DNA of 63,652 bases, counting the filler, from Octopus bimaculoides (taxonomy: Eukaryota): assembly GCF_001194135.2 (NCBI RefSeq). It is 6 parts of 6 records of this genome, joined end to end, with 100 filler letters (N's around TTAATTAATTAA, not from the genome) between each part and the next. Parts side by side here need not be neighbours in the genome. Positions count along the whole stretch, not along the records: positions 1 to 18,494 come from NC_068987.1; 5 more parts are not named here. One strand, written 5' to 3'. Under the pieces are notes generated by a model, which was not told the origin of the DNA, did not search any database, and worked only from the letters and a program-made list of their open reading frames with translations. Position 1 is the stretch's first letter. The number at the start of each line of letters is the position of its first letter. Shown piece by piece: positions 1 through 12,711 of this stretch. A program made the position numbers and the translations under genes.

Positions 1-1195
1 GTACTGGAAATTAATAGTTATCGCCAAGCCAACATGGCAGTCCCAAAATTAGGACGAAAGCTGCCGTGAATTAGCTCCAAGAAGCCATCGCCTCTAGCTA
101 GCTATGTGACACACGAAACCTGTGTCCTTTATAACCTTACACATATATAGACATGTGTGCGGGGGCGTGCGTGGGATTACTTAGAAAAACACTGATACGC
201 CAACTGTATACGTTTCAAATACTTGGATATTAACTAAGAATATGGATAATTTAATCTCATTATACAGAGTTTAATACAAGGGTTTGGGGAATATATTAAT
301 AACAAATAAAATAACCAACACAAAATCCATTTTTTAATGAAATGCCTTTATATTGAGACTAGAAACTGAAGTTTGCTACATACGAAGACGATAACGCAGA
401 TAACGCTTATGGTGGTTTTATGATGAAAATAATGATGATGGAAATGAACTTACAGATATCAACCATGATTAGTTAATACAAATTCACCTGAGAAGTTTCG
501 AGGGTTTGCGCAAACAAAGAAATATTGACAATCAATCGATATTGCGCCAATGCTTTTTTGCTTCAGGTCTTAAACGTCTAATTCTGTTCACTAAATCTCT
601 TGAAGACTTCGTTTTTATATTGTTTTTATATTCTCTTGTTTCTTGATTTGCCTACCATTCACATTTCTTTGTTCGTCTGTGTGTATGTATATGTGCGTGT
701 GTACTACCACTTTGTTTGAGACCGGTAAATTTCAAGTCGTTAGAAACGTGATCTACCGGAATAATGTTTGAGAGTTCGTGTCCAAGTCACTAGTATTGTT
801 CTCTAAGACATAAAACTTACGTCTATGTTACCAAAGCTATTTGGCTGTAAATATTTTCTAGTGCAAGGATATATTCATTACTAAAAACGCCATGACTTTA
901 CTTCTGCTTTCTCGCCGTGATGAATTTAAGTATTGTCATAGGTTATTCCAGTTAAATAGATAATACTATTCGTATTATGGTGAAGTCGGAGAGCTGAGAT
1001 TTTAACTCAACTAAAGCCGTCGATTGAACATGAGCTTGAAGATTCGCATTTCTTAGAAACGCTCATTCATATCTGAAGAAAGCAGAGGAATGTCTCTTCG
1101 CTTTCTTCAGAAGCTACGGCCGATACACGTTGGTACTTTTACGTCTAGTAGATATCATTTATTGCTATGACAGCTCTGAAATTCTCTCTCTCTCA

Positions 1196-1243
<48 letters not shown>

Positions 1244-1754
1244 NNNNNNNNNNNNNNNNNNNNNNNNNNNNNNNNNNNNNNNNNNNNNNNNNNNNNNNNN
1301 NNNNNNNNNNNNNNNNNNNNNNNNNNNNNNNNNNNNNNNNNNNNNNNNNNNNNNNNNNNNNNNNNNNNNNNNNNNNNNNNNNNNNNNNNNNNNNNNNNNN
1401 NNNNNNNNNNNNNNNNNNNNNNNNNNNNNNNNNNNNNNNNNNNNNNNNNNNNNNNNNNNNNNNNNNNNNNNNNNNNNNNNNNNNNNNNNNNNNNNNNNNN
1501 NNNNNNNNNNNNNNNNNNNNNNNNNNNNNNNNNNNNNNNNNNNNNNNNNNNNNNNNNNNNNNNNNNNNNNNNNNNNNNNNNNNNNNNNNNNNNNNNNNNN
1601 NNNNNNNNNNNNNNNNNNNNNNNNNNNNNNNNNNNNNNNNNNNNNNNNNNNNNNNNNNNNNNNNNNNNNNNNNNNNNNNNNNNNNNNNNNNNNNNNNNNN
1701 NNNNNNNNNNNNNNNNNNNNNNNNNNNNNNNNNNNNNNNNNNNNNNNNNNNNNN

Positions 1755-1793
<39 letters not shown>

Positions 1794-2328
1794 CATACTC
1801 AAACATGCATATACACACGTGTGTGATTATAGTATGGCGTGGCCCTTTTTTCTACTGTCTATTAATGACATCACCTCCCTCCATTAATACCATACTTTCA
1901 TTCTCTCTTTCTCTCCTATCACCTCTGGCCCTATCAACCCCTCTCTCTCCCTTCTCTTTTCTTTCTCTCTCTCTTCTCTCCTCTCAATCCCTATCTCTCC
2001 CTTCTCTCTTCCCTGTCGTTCTCTCCTCTCTCTTTCCCTCCTCTTTCTCCCTCCCCCTCTCTCTCACTTTCTACTCCCCATCACAACTCCCACTCTTCAA
2101 GTTACTTTCCTTCGCGTGGAAGATTCCGTTTCTACGCTATTAATATTTACAATTGTTTTGTTTGTCTTTTTTTCAGTCTCAACTGGAAACCGAAGCTGAA
2201 AACCTGAAGTCTGTGGTCTTATAACAGACATACAACCTATTGTTGCAAAGTTTTTAACTTACTGTTGAAATATTATTGCTGATCTACCGTTTTAAGGGGT
2301 TACCTTAAAACATAACTCAAGCACAAAA

Positions 2329-2525
2329 ATGTTTTCACACATGGAAGGAGTCAACAAATTCTGCCGTCTGACTTATCGAGACTTTTGGAGGTTACTCCTA
2401 TTTCTTCTAACATTTCATATCAGTTTTGTGGATGCAGGTCACAAACAAAAAAACCTTTATACATACCCACAAAATAATTCTGACTGCCCAAGGACATTGG
2501 TTGAAGTAAATGCAGGTCACCTGGG
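2329..2525 (+). CDS. First coding exon of CatSper-epsilon-like gene, encoding a signal peptide
   Basis: Acceptor tttttttcag ending 2176; ATG 2329; hydrophobic FWRLLLFLLTFHISFVDA-G; strong donor GG|gtaagt at 2526 (phase 2). Confidence 0.65.
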
Positions 2526-3197
2526 GTAAGTAGAAAAACAAATTTTGTTGCCTTTCTGTTTGATTGTTTGTTTGTAATGAAAGTATTAGTATATTTCGAA
2601 TGAATGATTAAATATTTGGAAATTGTTATTCTCCATTTTGTATCAATATGCAAACCCTTCATCTTGTGAGTGGGTGATTACTTTGATGATTCAAGAATAC
2701 GAAACTAAATCCTGTATTTCACGTTCAGTCCAGTATATTCGCAAATTTAATTGCGTAAACTTTTCATAAAATCTGTATGAGTTGACACATGGAATTACAG
2801 TTTTCGTTTTTGCTTCCCCGATTTATTACTTTTCAACTAATAAATCTTAAAATCTTGATAGCTTTAAACAGCATATACGAAGTAATTTTCATAGAAGATT
2901 CAAGCATTTTATTGGCCAGTAATTCGTATCAATTGCACCTTCTCTTTATGATTATTGAGGTCATATTCTTCTACAATTCAGTCCAGTAAGTGAGTCACAT
3001 TAGACATGTGTTGAGTCGACTAACCAGCTCTCTATCCATCGAGTTGATGTATTTCTATAAAGAGTCATGCCCAGAAAATTTCCAGTCAGGGATAATTGTT
3101 TTCACACTATCTCATACTATTTCCTAACCTTTTGGAAACTCATAATTATTTTTCTGGGGTTAGCGTAATTCTTAGGAAATACATTCCGTTATCATAG

Positions 3198-3272
3198 TTA
3201 CGAGCAGAGTGTTTGGACGTACTGGCATGGAGAGGGAAGATTTGTTTGCAAAGTCCTAAATAACAGCTCCTG
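3198..3272 (+). CDS. Exon 2 of CatSper-epsilon-like gene (G)YEQSVWTYWHGEGRFVCKVLNNSS(W)
   Basis: Acceptor tcatag; phase-2 compatible with exon 1; open frame; best N-terminal motif match. Donor uncertain (tg|gtttga at 3273 or a|gtaaaa at 3281). Confidence 0.6.
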
Positions 3273-3723
3273 GTTTGAAAGTAAAAAAAATTGTTCTTAT
3301 TGTAATCTTTTCTACTCTTTTAGTATCTCATTACTTTAAGAGTCTTGACTATCAAAACGCAATCTGATGTTTTCAGTTAAGGTATAAATTTCCTTTTCCT
3401 TGATGTTATATTTATATCTTCTATTTTCTTTAATAACATAATCTAAAATATTTTTTTGTAATCCGCCAAATTTTTGTACCTCTGGCGTCAACAATAATTC
3501 TGTTGATATTTTTGTAGTTGGCTGCAACTGCTCTTTCTTATATAAGATGTGCCTAAAACCTCGTATCTTTCATATGTTATATACTCTGGATCACATTTGA
3601 TTTGACTATTTAACCCTAGCTCAGAATTATTTAGGGCTTCACGTTTACCCGAAATTATTTGAGTTTCATTCTCTACATCTACACTGTTTCCAGCTTTAAG
3701 TTTTCGTAATTACATAATTTCAG

Positions 3724-3822
3724 GCCTATAACTGCAAGATACCTGTTTCGTGTTACAGAGACTTCTATAAATAACAGATTCTATTTGCCATGTGTTAAAG
3801 AACATTGTATGACTTACTATCA
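3724..3822 (+). CDS. Candidate exon 3 PITARYLFRVTETSINNRFYLPCVKEHCMTYY
   Basis: Acceptor aattttcag; phase-compatible with the 3273 donor; donor candidates gtatga (3807) or gtaata (3823). Confidence 0.45.
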
Positions 3823-4775
3823 GTAATAGTTTTACATGAGATGATGGATGTGAGTATAGTTCTAAAGCAAATAAAACAAATTTGTGAGAAAGGCGTAATA
3901 ATGCGTTGTATCTGAATATAAAGATGCATAGTAGAATTGGACTCATAATCTTAAGGCTTGTGGGTTCAATTCCTGGACCGGATGGGGCGTTATTTCCTTG
4001 AACAAAACATTTCACATTGCTCCGGCGGACTCAACTGAAAATAAATATCAGTCTAGTTCTGGTGTAGACGGCTCTACATTCTTGTCACATTCTTGATGTC
4101 TCGTTTTGTTACTTGAGAGAAGGCCAAGAGAATATTTGTGCCTGCTTTCGACTATGTAGACACTTAAAACCACAATTAGTGAGAGCATGATATTCGCTAG
4201 TAATTCATGCTTAATTGCTCGTAATGTTTCTTTTTTAATCTGAAAATGCTTAACCTACGTTCCTGTAAAAAAAAGTTTAAATATATGATTCATTTTAATC
4301 TACATATTGAAATATAAATTTCAAAGTATATGCCGTCAAATAAAAAATGAATTGCAATATCATATTAGCTTTTCGTTAGAAAAGTTCATTTTAATTAAAT
4401 TTTTGTAATATAGCTAACTATTAAAATTGGATAATTTTCCCAACTTAATTTTCTTTGAATATTTTTGTAATATAATTAATCGATCCCAAAACAAATTGGT
4501 TTCTTGACAAAAGAAAATGAATTCTACACAAGAATTATTTCTTTCATTATTTTACATTCATTCCATCTGTTTTAGGGAAATGCAAACATACGAAACTATG
4601 TATTTGTTCTTAAAGAAAAGGTAAAAACAACGGAAACAGAAATCTAGTATAAACTCTCCGGGGAAACTTTTCTTCGAAAATTTCATCTAAAATTCCAGTC
4701 AAACCATATACTCAGACTCACTAAAAGTTGTTATTTATTTTAACAGATATTTAATTTTCAAAATGTTTTGTTCTA

Positions 4776-5130
4776 GTAGAAGCAGTTGTTATTAGATGTT
4801 GTCATTTTACTGTTATCTATGAGAATATCTTCGTAGCTAACCATGTTATTCGTATAATTATATTTTATAGGAAGGCCAATATGTTTTTCTCCCTGAAGCC
4901 TATTTAAAGTTAAATGCTTTCTAACATGCTTAAGTGGGGTGAGCAAAAGCGAATTTTTAATTAATTGAAATGACATTCAAAATGTGAAGGCAATTCATTA
5001 GGTTAATAACAATTCTTGTCAAGGAAGATAAGGAAGAGAACTCCAAGAATTAATTGATGAAAAATTTAATGGAGGTATTCCGATCTTTGGTAGATATTAC
5101 GATATTTACAAAGATGCTTCGGTTTAGTGA
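4776..5130 (+). pseudogene. Decayed exon-like segments (RIIIFY, YVFLPEAYL, ELQELIDEKFNGGIPIF)
   Basis: Short open frames in collinear position with weak resemblance to ITVWAYDPE and LGQKPVI; no clean exon boundaries. Confidence 0.25.
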
Positions 5131-5415
5131 ATAACTACAGCGAGGAACAGAACTGAGAAGTACTTACCAGATTTCGGATGATTAAAAGGATATAAATGTT
5201 TAAGCGAAAATTATATGTTTAGGTAATTTAAAAGAATGACAGTGAAAAGTTTCTCACTATTACTTTCTACATAAAGATCATATTTCTAGACAGTCTACAT
5301 AATATACTTCATTTATACGCACTGTCGATGATTTGGCCGGTTACTACAGTAATCGTCCTGTGATTAACACCTCTTATCGAACTGCTGTGTTAAAAACATT
5401 AAACATCAGTTTAGG

Positions 5416-5750
5416 AGTAGGCGTGGCTGTGTGGTAAGAAGCTTGCTTCCGAGGCATATGGTTCTGGGTTCAGTTCTACAGTGTGGCACCATGAACAAGT
5501 GTTTTACTATAAGCCTCAAACCGACCAAAGCTTGAGAGTGGATTTAGTAGGCGAAATGAGACTCGTCGTATATCAGCAGCACAATTCAGGATTGAATATT
5601 TGTATAGATATTAATATTGCTATTATTATTGAAGGTGCCTTAGTACTGTTGATTCCGTGATTATTTTAAGTGTTATTTGTTATTTTGGTGGTTTAAATGT
5701 GAGTTTAGCTCTCATTTCTAGCAGGTAGACGTATAAGTGCGTACTTACGA

Positions 5751-5802
<52 letters not shown>

Positions 5803-6012
5803 TGTGTGTGTGTGTGTGTGTACCACCGCTTGACGACTGGTACTGGTGTGTTTGCGTCCTTATAACTTCAGCAAAAGAGGGCGATAGAATAAGTATTAGG
5901 CTTTAAAAAGTCTTGGGGTCGAATTGTTCAACTAAAACACCCTTCAAGGTGCTGCCCCAGTCAAGTGACTGAAACGGTGCCCCCTGTCAGGTGACTGAAA
6001 CAAGTAAAAGAT
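5416..6012 (+). mobile_element. tRNA-derived SINE, family A (head, internal TA/GT microsatellite, tail)
   Basis: Head gtggctgtgtggtaagaagcttg..gggttcagt; tail ..aaggtgctgcccc..gactgaaacaagtaaaag, as at 51050-51490. Confidence 0.75.
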
Positions 6013-6039
6013 AAGTGAAAAATGAAAATTCGTCCCAGC

Positions 6040-6389
6040 ATTGGTGAACGAGAGTGCTAGAAGCGTTGCGGCCTTTTGGGGCCTTTTCAATGACTCGTAC
6101 TTGCAACCAGACACACGCTCTGACGAGAATTCTTCAGAGGATAAAGTGAATAAAATACTCACTGACGTTGCCAATATCCGCCTGGCTGACTGAAAATCCG
6201 TTATACGCAAATGAGGCATTATTTTATTAAAATAGTCGTCAATGTATCATACTTAATGTATATACATTGTTGATAAGGTCAGTTACAGCAGTATTTGTTC
6301 TAAGATAACATCTTTTAGTCCAAAAAGGTCGAAATGCTTCTGGTGCTCTTGCTCGCTGCTGCTGAGACGAATTATCGTCTCTCACTAAT
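6040..6389 (+). pseudogene. Candidate exons LVNESARSVAAFWGLFNDSYLQPD..ENSSEDK and SKKVEMLLVLLLAAAETNYRLSL
   Basis: About 50-codon open frame with three NxS sequons after tcccag; second segment between cttttag and aat|gtaagt. Confidence 0.35.
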
Positions 6390-7040
6390 GTAAGTTGCGT
6401 TTTTGACACAGTATTCCATAAGTGATGTTATCTCTGGGCAAATACTTCAGTAAATGGCCTATCAAATGTGTGTATACATTGAGTATGATACATAGATGGC
6501 TATTTTAATAAATTTCTTATCTCTTAGTTTGAGCTAGTATATTTAATGTAGTAAGGTAGATAGAATTTACTATCAACTGAAATTGAACCCGCAATGAGAA
6601 ATAAATGCATTAATGATAATTTTTACCCAGAAATGCAATAAAACAATACAATTTCCGCTATATCTCTGCTTCTAATTGTAATTCAAAGCTCTGATTAAGT
6701 ATGTGTGTGTGTGTTTTATACACACACACAGATATATATATNNNNNNNNNNNNNNNNNNNNNNNNNNNNNNNNNNNNNNNNNNNNNNNNNNNNNNNNNNN
6801 NNNNNNNNNNNNNNNNNNNNNNNNNNNNNNNNNNNNNNNNNNNNNNNNNNNNNNNNNNNNNNNNNNNNNNNNNNNNNNNNNNNNNNNNNNNNNNNNNNNN
6901 NNNNNNNNNNNNNNNNNNNNNNNNNNNNNNNNNNNNNNNNNNNNNNNNNNNNNNNNNNNNNNNNNNNNNNNNNNNNNNNNNNNNNNNNNNNNNNNNNNNN
7001 NNNNNNNNNNNNNNNNNNNNNNNNNNNNNNNNNNNNNNNN

Positions 7041-7076
<36 letters not shown>

Positions 7077-7088
7077 TGTGTGTAGATC

Positions 7089-7121
<33 letters not shown>

Positions 7122-7139
7122 GTAGATAAATAGAGAAAG

Positions 7140-7183
<44 letters not shown>

Positions 7184-7299
7184 TAATATATATAGAGAGA
7201 GAGAGGAGGGAGGGAGAAGAGAGAGATAGAAACGAAATACTGCTAAAACAATAAACAAAAAACAAAACACTGCTAAAGCGCTTGTAATTTACTATATTG

Positions 7300-7549
7300 T
7301 ATATTCGGAGGAATGTAAATGTTACGTCAAAATGTACCCATGTGCTCGCGGACAGGAAAAGAGTGAAACATGTGTACTTGCATATTTGAAACCTACTTGG
7401 AGTTATGGAAGAGGTTGTGCAACTTTCTTAACAATCCAAGGAGCTATTGTTCATAAGCCTACTGATATTAGTGGCTAAAGTAAACCGGATGTACCAACCT
7501 ACATGTTTAAGACTTGTCTGGCAGCTATTTGGGATATTAAATTACTACC
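7300..7549 (+). pseudogene. Decayed CatSper-epsilon-like exon LKPTWSYGRGCATFLTIQGAIVHKPTD..VP..AIWDIKLL
   Basis: More than 50 codons open, then a TAA; resembles SWDAC..AVLVT..HTTDSF..VP. Abuts an R4-like fragment. Confidence 0.45.
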
Positions 7550-7968
7550 CAAAAGACGATGACAGTGCATGGTGCCCTCTACCCTAAGGCGATCGTACAT
7601 AGGCTGTACATGAAGAGGTGCAAAGATGGACGTAGTCTAATTAGTGTACGGAAGTGCATCGACAGTGAAAGAAAAAACATGACAGTGTATTTGGTAAACA
7701 GCAAACAAGACCTCATATAGTATGCTACCAATGCGGAAGGATTTACTAACAGTGGGGTTGAAAGTGCTAATGAATTCCGATCATGAAAAGCCAACGAGAA
7801 AGAAGACACTCGTCCGCATGGAATTATGCGTTCAGTTCCACTGTGAAACTGAGAACTTAAAAGACCAGGAAGCACCATAGATGTGGCTCAACGAGAGTGG
7901 TCTTAAAAAGAAAACTGAAAGACTAATCATAGCTGCCCAGGACCAGGCATTGAATACCAACTCAGTTT
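7550..7968 (+). mobile_element. R4/Dong-like (RLE-type) non-LTR retrotransposon fragment
   Basis: HGALYPKAIVHRLYMKR..GRSLISV and LKKKTERLIIAAQDQALNTN, the post-RT region motifs. Confidence 0.8.
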
Positions 7969-8007
7969 AAAATTATACGATATATACCACACAAGTGCAA
8001 CGAACCT

Positions 8008-8177
8008 TAGCACCAGCAGCAGCACCAGCAGCAGCAGCAGCAGAAGAAGAAGAAGAAGAAGAAGAAGAAGAAGAAGAAGAAGAAGAAGAAGAAGAAGAAG
8101 AAGAAGAAGAAGAAGAAGAAGAAGAAGAAGAAGAAGAAGAAGAGGAGGAGGAGGAGGAGGAGGAGGAGGAGGGGGGG
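8008..8177 (+). repeat. Compound (CAG)n(GAA)n(GAG)n microsatellite
   Basis: Directly visible. Confidence 0.95.
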
Positions 8178-8848
8178 TTCATGATGAATACATTCAAGGA
8201 ATGGCGACTACAAGCACTTTGATTAAGCTCCGACCCCACATATTTGATATGCAGCCATTGTAAAAATTGTAGAAATTATTTCCATTGTTTATTTGCTTTG
8301 GTAAAACATTTTCAAGATGAGAGCTCCCATAATTTAGATTTTACAATGACCAAATTGTACTTCAATTTTCTCTAAATCTCGTACTTTCACAATGTTCGAG
8401 ACATTGTTAATCCCTGTGTTATGTAAGGAAAACAAAAACGAAATAGTGCGTGGGTATTCTTTTGCGATATCATTTTACTTATAATGACTTCTAATAGATG
8501 TTTTGAAAACACAAGTTGACCTCTATCACTCAGGGAGAACGTAATCTTCTTTGACATTTAACAATTTATTATAACATTGTGGTTTTGTTGTTGTTTGTTG
8601 TTTCCACTTTATTTTTATGCTAACGAAACAATTTTTGACTTCAACAATGCCATATAATCTAAGTAAACTATACTACTATATCATTTGTGCATACTACTAT
8701 GTCATTTGTGACTGCGTACTTTTAAACTTTAATGCATGACCTTAAAATATAAACGGCTACAGTTTAACTGCGTTATGTGGTCTTTACTTGAATATTCTTT
8801 CCCGAAAATTCATCTCTGATGGAGAGGTGAAGTCCTGGCAAGTCGACA

Positions 8849-9066
8849 AGGCAGTGAGTTGGCAGAATTGTTAGCGCACCGGAAAAAATGCCCGGTGGCA
8901 TTTCATCCGTCTTTATAGTCTGCGTTCAAATTTTGTAGTGGTTGACTTTACCTTTCATACTTTCGAAGTCGATAAAATAAGTACCAGTTGAGCACTAGGG
9001 TCGATGAAATCGATTTATCTCCATCTCCGAAATTGCTAGCCTTGTGCCAAAATTTGAAGCTAATAT
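8849..9066 (+). mobile_element. tRNA-derived SINE, family B
   Basis: gagttggcagaattgttagc..gttcaaat..gtcgataaaataagtaccag..gtgccaaaatttgaa. Further copies at about 10520-10895(+), 32440-32585(-), 39285-39420(+) and 58312-58520(+). Confidence 0.85.
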
Positions 9067-9360
9067 TACTTACAAGTTGAAGAAACTGAAATTTTTGGAC
9101 AGGAGAAAGCTGTCATCAAAGACAACGACGACGGAGACTGCCATGACTATATTGTTATCTTACATTATATTATATTATATTATATTATATTATATTATAT
9201 TATATTATATTATATTATATTGTATTGTATTATATCATGTTATATTATATTATGTTGTTAAATTATAAGACTTACGTTTCGGCTACTACTGGCTCAGGTC
9301 ATGTGTAGCTTAAGAGCACCACCAAGAGAAGTCTTTTAAGCTATGGTTAATGATTCCATG

Positions 9361-9723
9361 TGGAGGTGCAATGGCCCAGTGGTTAGGGCAGCGAACTCGC
9401 GGTCATAGGATCGCGGTTTCGATTCCTAGACCGGGCGTTGTGAGTGTTTATTGAGCGAAAAGACTTAAAGCTCCACGAGGCTCCGGCAGGGCATGCTGTA
9501 CTCTTTCACCACAACTTTCCCTCACTCTTACTTCCTGTTTCTGTTGTGCCTGTAATTCAAAGCCTTGTCACACTGTGTCACGCTGAATATCCCCGAGAAC
9601 TACGTTAAGGGTACACGTGTCTGTGGAGTGCTCAGCCACTTGCACGTTAATTTCACGAGCAGGCTGTTCCGTTGATCGGATCAACTGGAACCCTCGACGT
9701 CGTAAGCGAAGGAGTGCCAACAA
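9361..9723 (+). mobile_element. tRNA-derived SINE, family C
   Basis: A box tggcccagtgg, B box ggtttcgattcc, CAACAA tail; near-identical to 43854-44241. Confidence 0.9.
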
Positions 9724-10749
9724 TGACGCCATAGCCCACTCAAATAAGGTATCCAGGTGCCGGTGGTATGTCTGGTATTTTTTGCAGGAATTTTTACAGT
9801 GTCTTTATCTTCTTTGATTTCTTTCAGAGAAATACTTAATAATGCAGAACTAGTAAAGACGAGCACGAACGCGCGTGTACTGTGTCGTATTATATGTGTG
9901 TGAGTGTTGATGAGCGTGTATGCGAGTGCGTATGTATATGCGTATGTGTGTGTGTGTACACATAGTTCATAACGTTGGTATTATTTAGCCAGCTACCTAA
10001 TTTGTCTTCCTTGTATTTTTTTTGTATCTTTTAGGGTTTCTTCCATTACCTCTCTATCAATATACATCACGTATGTCAATTCGCTATCGTTCCTTGATTG
10101 ATTCTTCATATCTATCGATCGATCGATCGGTTGATCGATTAATTTGTACCATCCTTTTGTTTATGCAATGAATGTTTGCTTTTCTTCTCGACATGAAAAA
10201 TCGCAATTATAGATTTAATTTGCCAAATGACAATAAAACATCTTCAAGTGTCAAATTTATTAAGCTGCTTTTTTTCTAGTTTTGTTCACTGATATTGCTA
10301 TTACGAATTTACTGATTATGTCCTCCATTATATTCATATTATGCCTTTCATTATTCACATTTTCAGGCACTCACGAACACGCACATACTTAAAAACATAT
10401 CTGTTAACACTAACAAACTTGCATCCACGCCGATATAGTTTCCTTTATTTGGGGACGTTTTTGTTGCTTTTTTATTAATCTATATTCGCTCGTTTTTTGC
10501 TTTATTTTCATTCTTGCCAAGTGGTAGTGCCAGTATCTAATTATATCAGTCAGAGTTCAAACCCCTCCTATATTGGCTTTACTTTCCAGCCTTCCTCGTC
10601 CTTCAGCTGAGTGTCTATTGATTCGACCGACTACGTTATTCTTTTACAAAAGTGTAAGTACCAGTTGCGTACTGGGCTTATGCAACCGAAAGTCAAGATT
10701 TTAGGTTTTCTGCCTTTAGTAGGAAGGATTCTTCTTCTTCTTCTTCTTC

Positions 10750-10814
<65 letters not shown>

Positions 10815-10896
10815 TCATCCTTACGGGGTCGATAAATTAATTACCATTTACGCACTGGGTCGATGTAATCGACAAGTCCCCTCCCCAAAACCTGGC

Positions 10897-11992
10897 TAAA
10901 GAACCTGGCTAAAGAACCTGGCATGGGTGGGGCCCTGATCAATTTAGATCAGTCTAAATCTTTCGATAGAGTCGACCATATACCTGGCGGCGGTCCTCAA
11001 GGCAGCTGGTTTCGGGCCTGTATTCAGGGGTGGATCGCTGCAATGCACAGTGACATCTGTTCAGTGGTCAGTGAGCGGTCACCTCTCAGAGCTGTTCAGC
11101 ATCACGCGCTCGGTCCGGCAAGGTTGTCCCCTCTCGTCTCTCTTCTACGTACTGAGTCTCGAGCCACTACTACACAAACTGCGTGACCTAGAGTGTAAGA
11201 GATGCGTGTCGGTATATGCCGACGATGTAACTGTGGTGGTGTCGGATCATAAACACAGAGAAATTACCGGCACCGCTCTCAGGGACTACGAGGTGGTTTC
11301 AGGAGCAATAATTAACCAGGAAAAAATCAGTGGGCTTGCGGCTCGGCACCTGGAGAAACTAGTCCATGCCGTTCAACAGCGTCATTGGGCGCTGGACGGA
11401 CGGACCGGTTAAATTGCTCGGGGCCTCGCGTATATCGCGTCCGTCATCTACTATCGCTTGACCGTCGTGCCTTGTACTGGCTTCCGTTTGATTACACTGG
11501 AGCGTATATTCCTCCGCTTCTTGTGGAAAGTACGCGTCCCAATAGTCAGGCGGTCTATCTGCTGTCAGCACCCGCTGCATGGTGGCCTGGATATACCGTG
11601 GTTGATGATGCGCAGACATGCACTGAGGTTACGACATCTCCAGTGCTTCCTTGTCGGTGAGCAGGTGTGGTCGCCATTCGCCAGACATGTATTTCCGCAG
11701 CTAGTTTCTTTAACGGAGCTGCAGTCCTGGGTAAAACAGAAACCGAGGGGAAGCATTTGGGAAAGTGGAATGTCTCCAAGCGCTCACAGCCCTCAACCAG
11801 TCAGACAGTGCGATAGGTGCAACGTCCACTTTAACTTTTTATAGAGGATTATTAGAGGAAAAGTGAGACGATGTTCTTGGGAAGACCTTGAGCGTCGAAA
11901 AAGAGCTAGTTGCTCCTTTCCGGACAACTTTCGGGCCGGAACCGATGGATAACTTCCGAAAATCTCTGGCCTGGCAGTGCTACAGGGAAGCT
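10897..11992 (+). mobile_element. L1/Tx1-clade LINE reverse transcriptase fragment, 5'-truncated and frameshifted
   Basis: LINLDQSKSFDRVDH; SVRQGCPLSSLFYVLSLEPL; YADDVT; HGGLDIP. Runs into a gap. Confidence 0.9.
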
Positions 11993-12539
11993 NNNNNNNN
12001 NNNNNNNNNNNNNNNNNNNNNNNNNNNNNNNNNNNNNNNNNNNNNNNNNNNNNNNNNNNNNNNNNNNNNNNNNNNNNNNNNNNNNNNNNNNNNNNNNNNN
12101 NNNNNNNNNNNNNNNNNNNNNNNNNNNNNNNNNNNNNNNNNNNNNNNNNNNNNNNNNNNNNNNNNNNNNNNNNNNNNNNNNNNNNNNNNNNNNNNNNNNN
12201 NNNNNNNNNNNNNNNNNNNNNNNNNNNNNNNNNNNNNNNNNNNNNNNNNNNNNNNNNNNNNNNNNNNNNNNNNNNNNNNNNNNNNNNNNNNNNNNNNNNN
12301 NNNNNNNNNNNNNNNNNNNNNNNNNNNNNNNNNNNNNNNNNNNNNNNNNNNNNNNNNNNNNNNNNNNNNNNNNNNNNNNNNNNNNNNNNNNNNNNNNNNN
12401 NNNNNNNNNNNNNNNNNNNNNNNNNNNNNNNNNNNNNNNNNNNNNNNNNNNNNNNNNNNNNNNNNNNNNNNNNNNNNNNNNNNNNNNNNNNNNNNNNNNN
12501 NNNNNNNNNNNNNNNNNNAAATAGGATGAAAGTGGCGAA

Positions 12540-12710
<171 letters not shown>

Positions 12711-12711
12711 C

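Noticed and set aside
1130-2143. Long ORFs spanning N gaps (also about 6.7, 12, 20.4, 33-36, 40, 48.4, 52.8, 54.4-57.2 and 60.3-62.1 kb)
   Set aside because: Open only because N and dinucleotide repeats contain no stops.
7995-8222. Poly-E ORF, poly-D ORF at 51572-52030 and other homopolymeric or LSIY-repeat ORFs
   Set aside because: Translations of trinucleotide and tetranucleotide microsatellites.
9361-9440. tRNA-like heads with A and B boxes
   Set aside because: They continue into dispersed SINE bodies and lack a complete cloverleaf; not tRNA genes.
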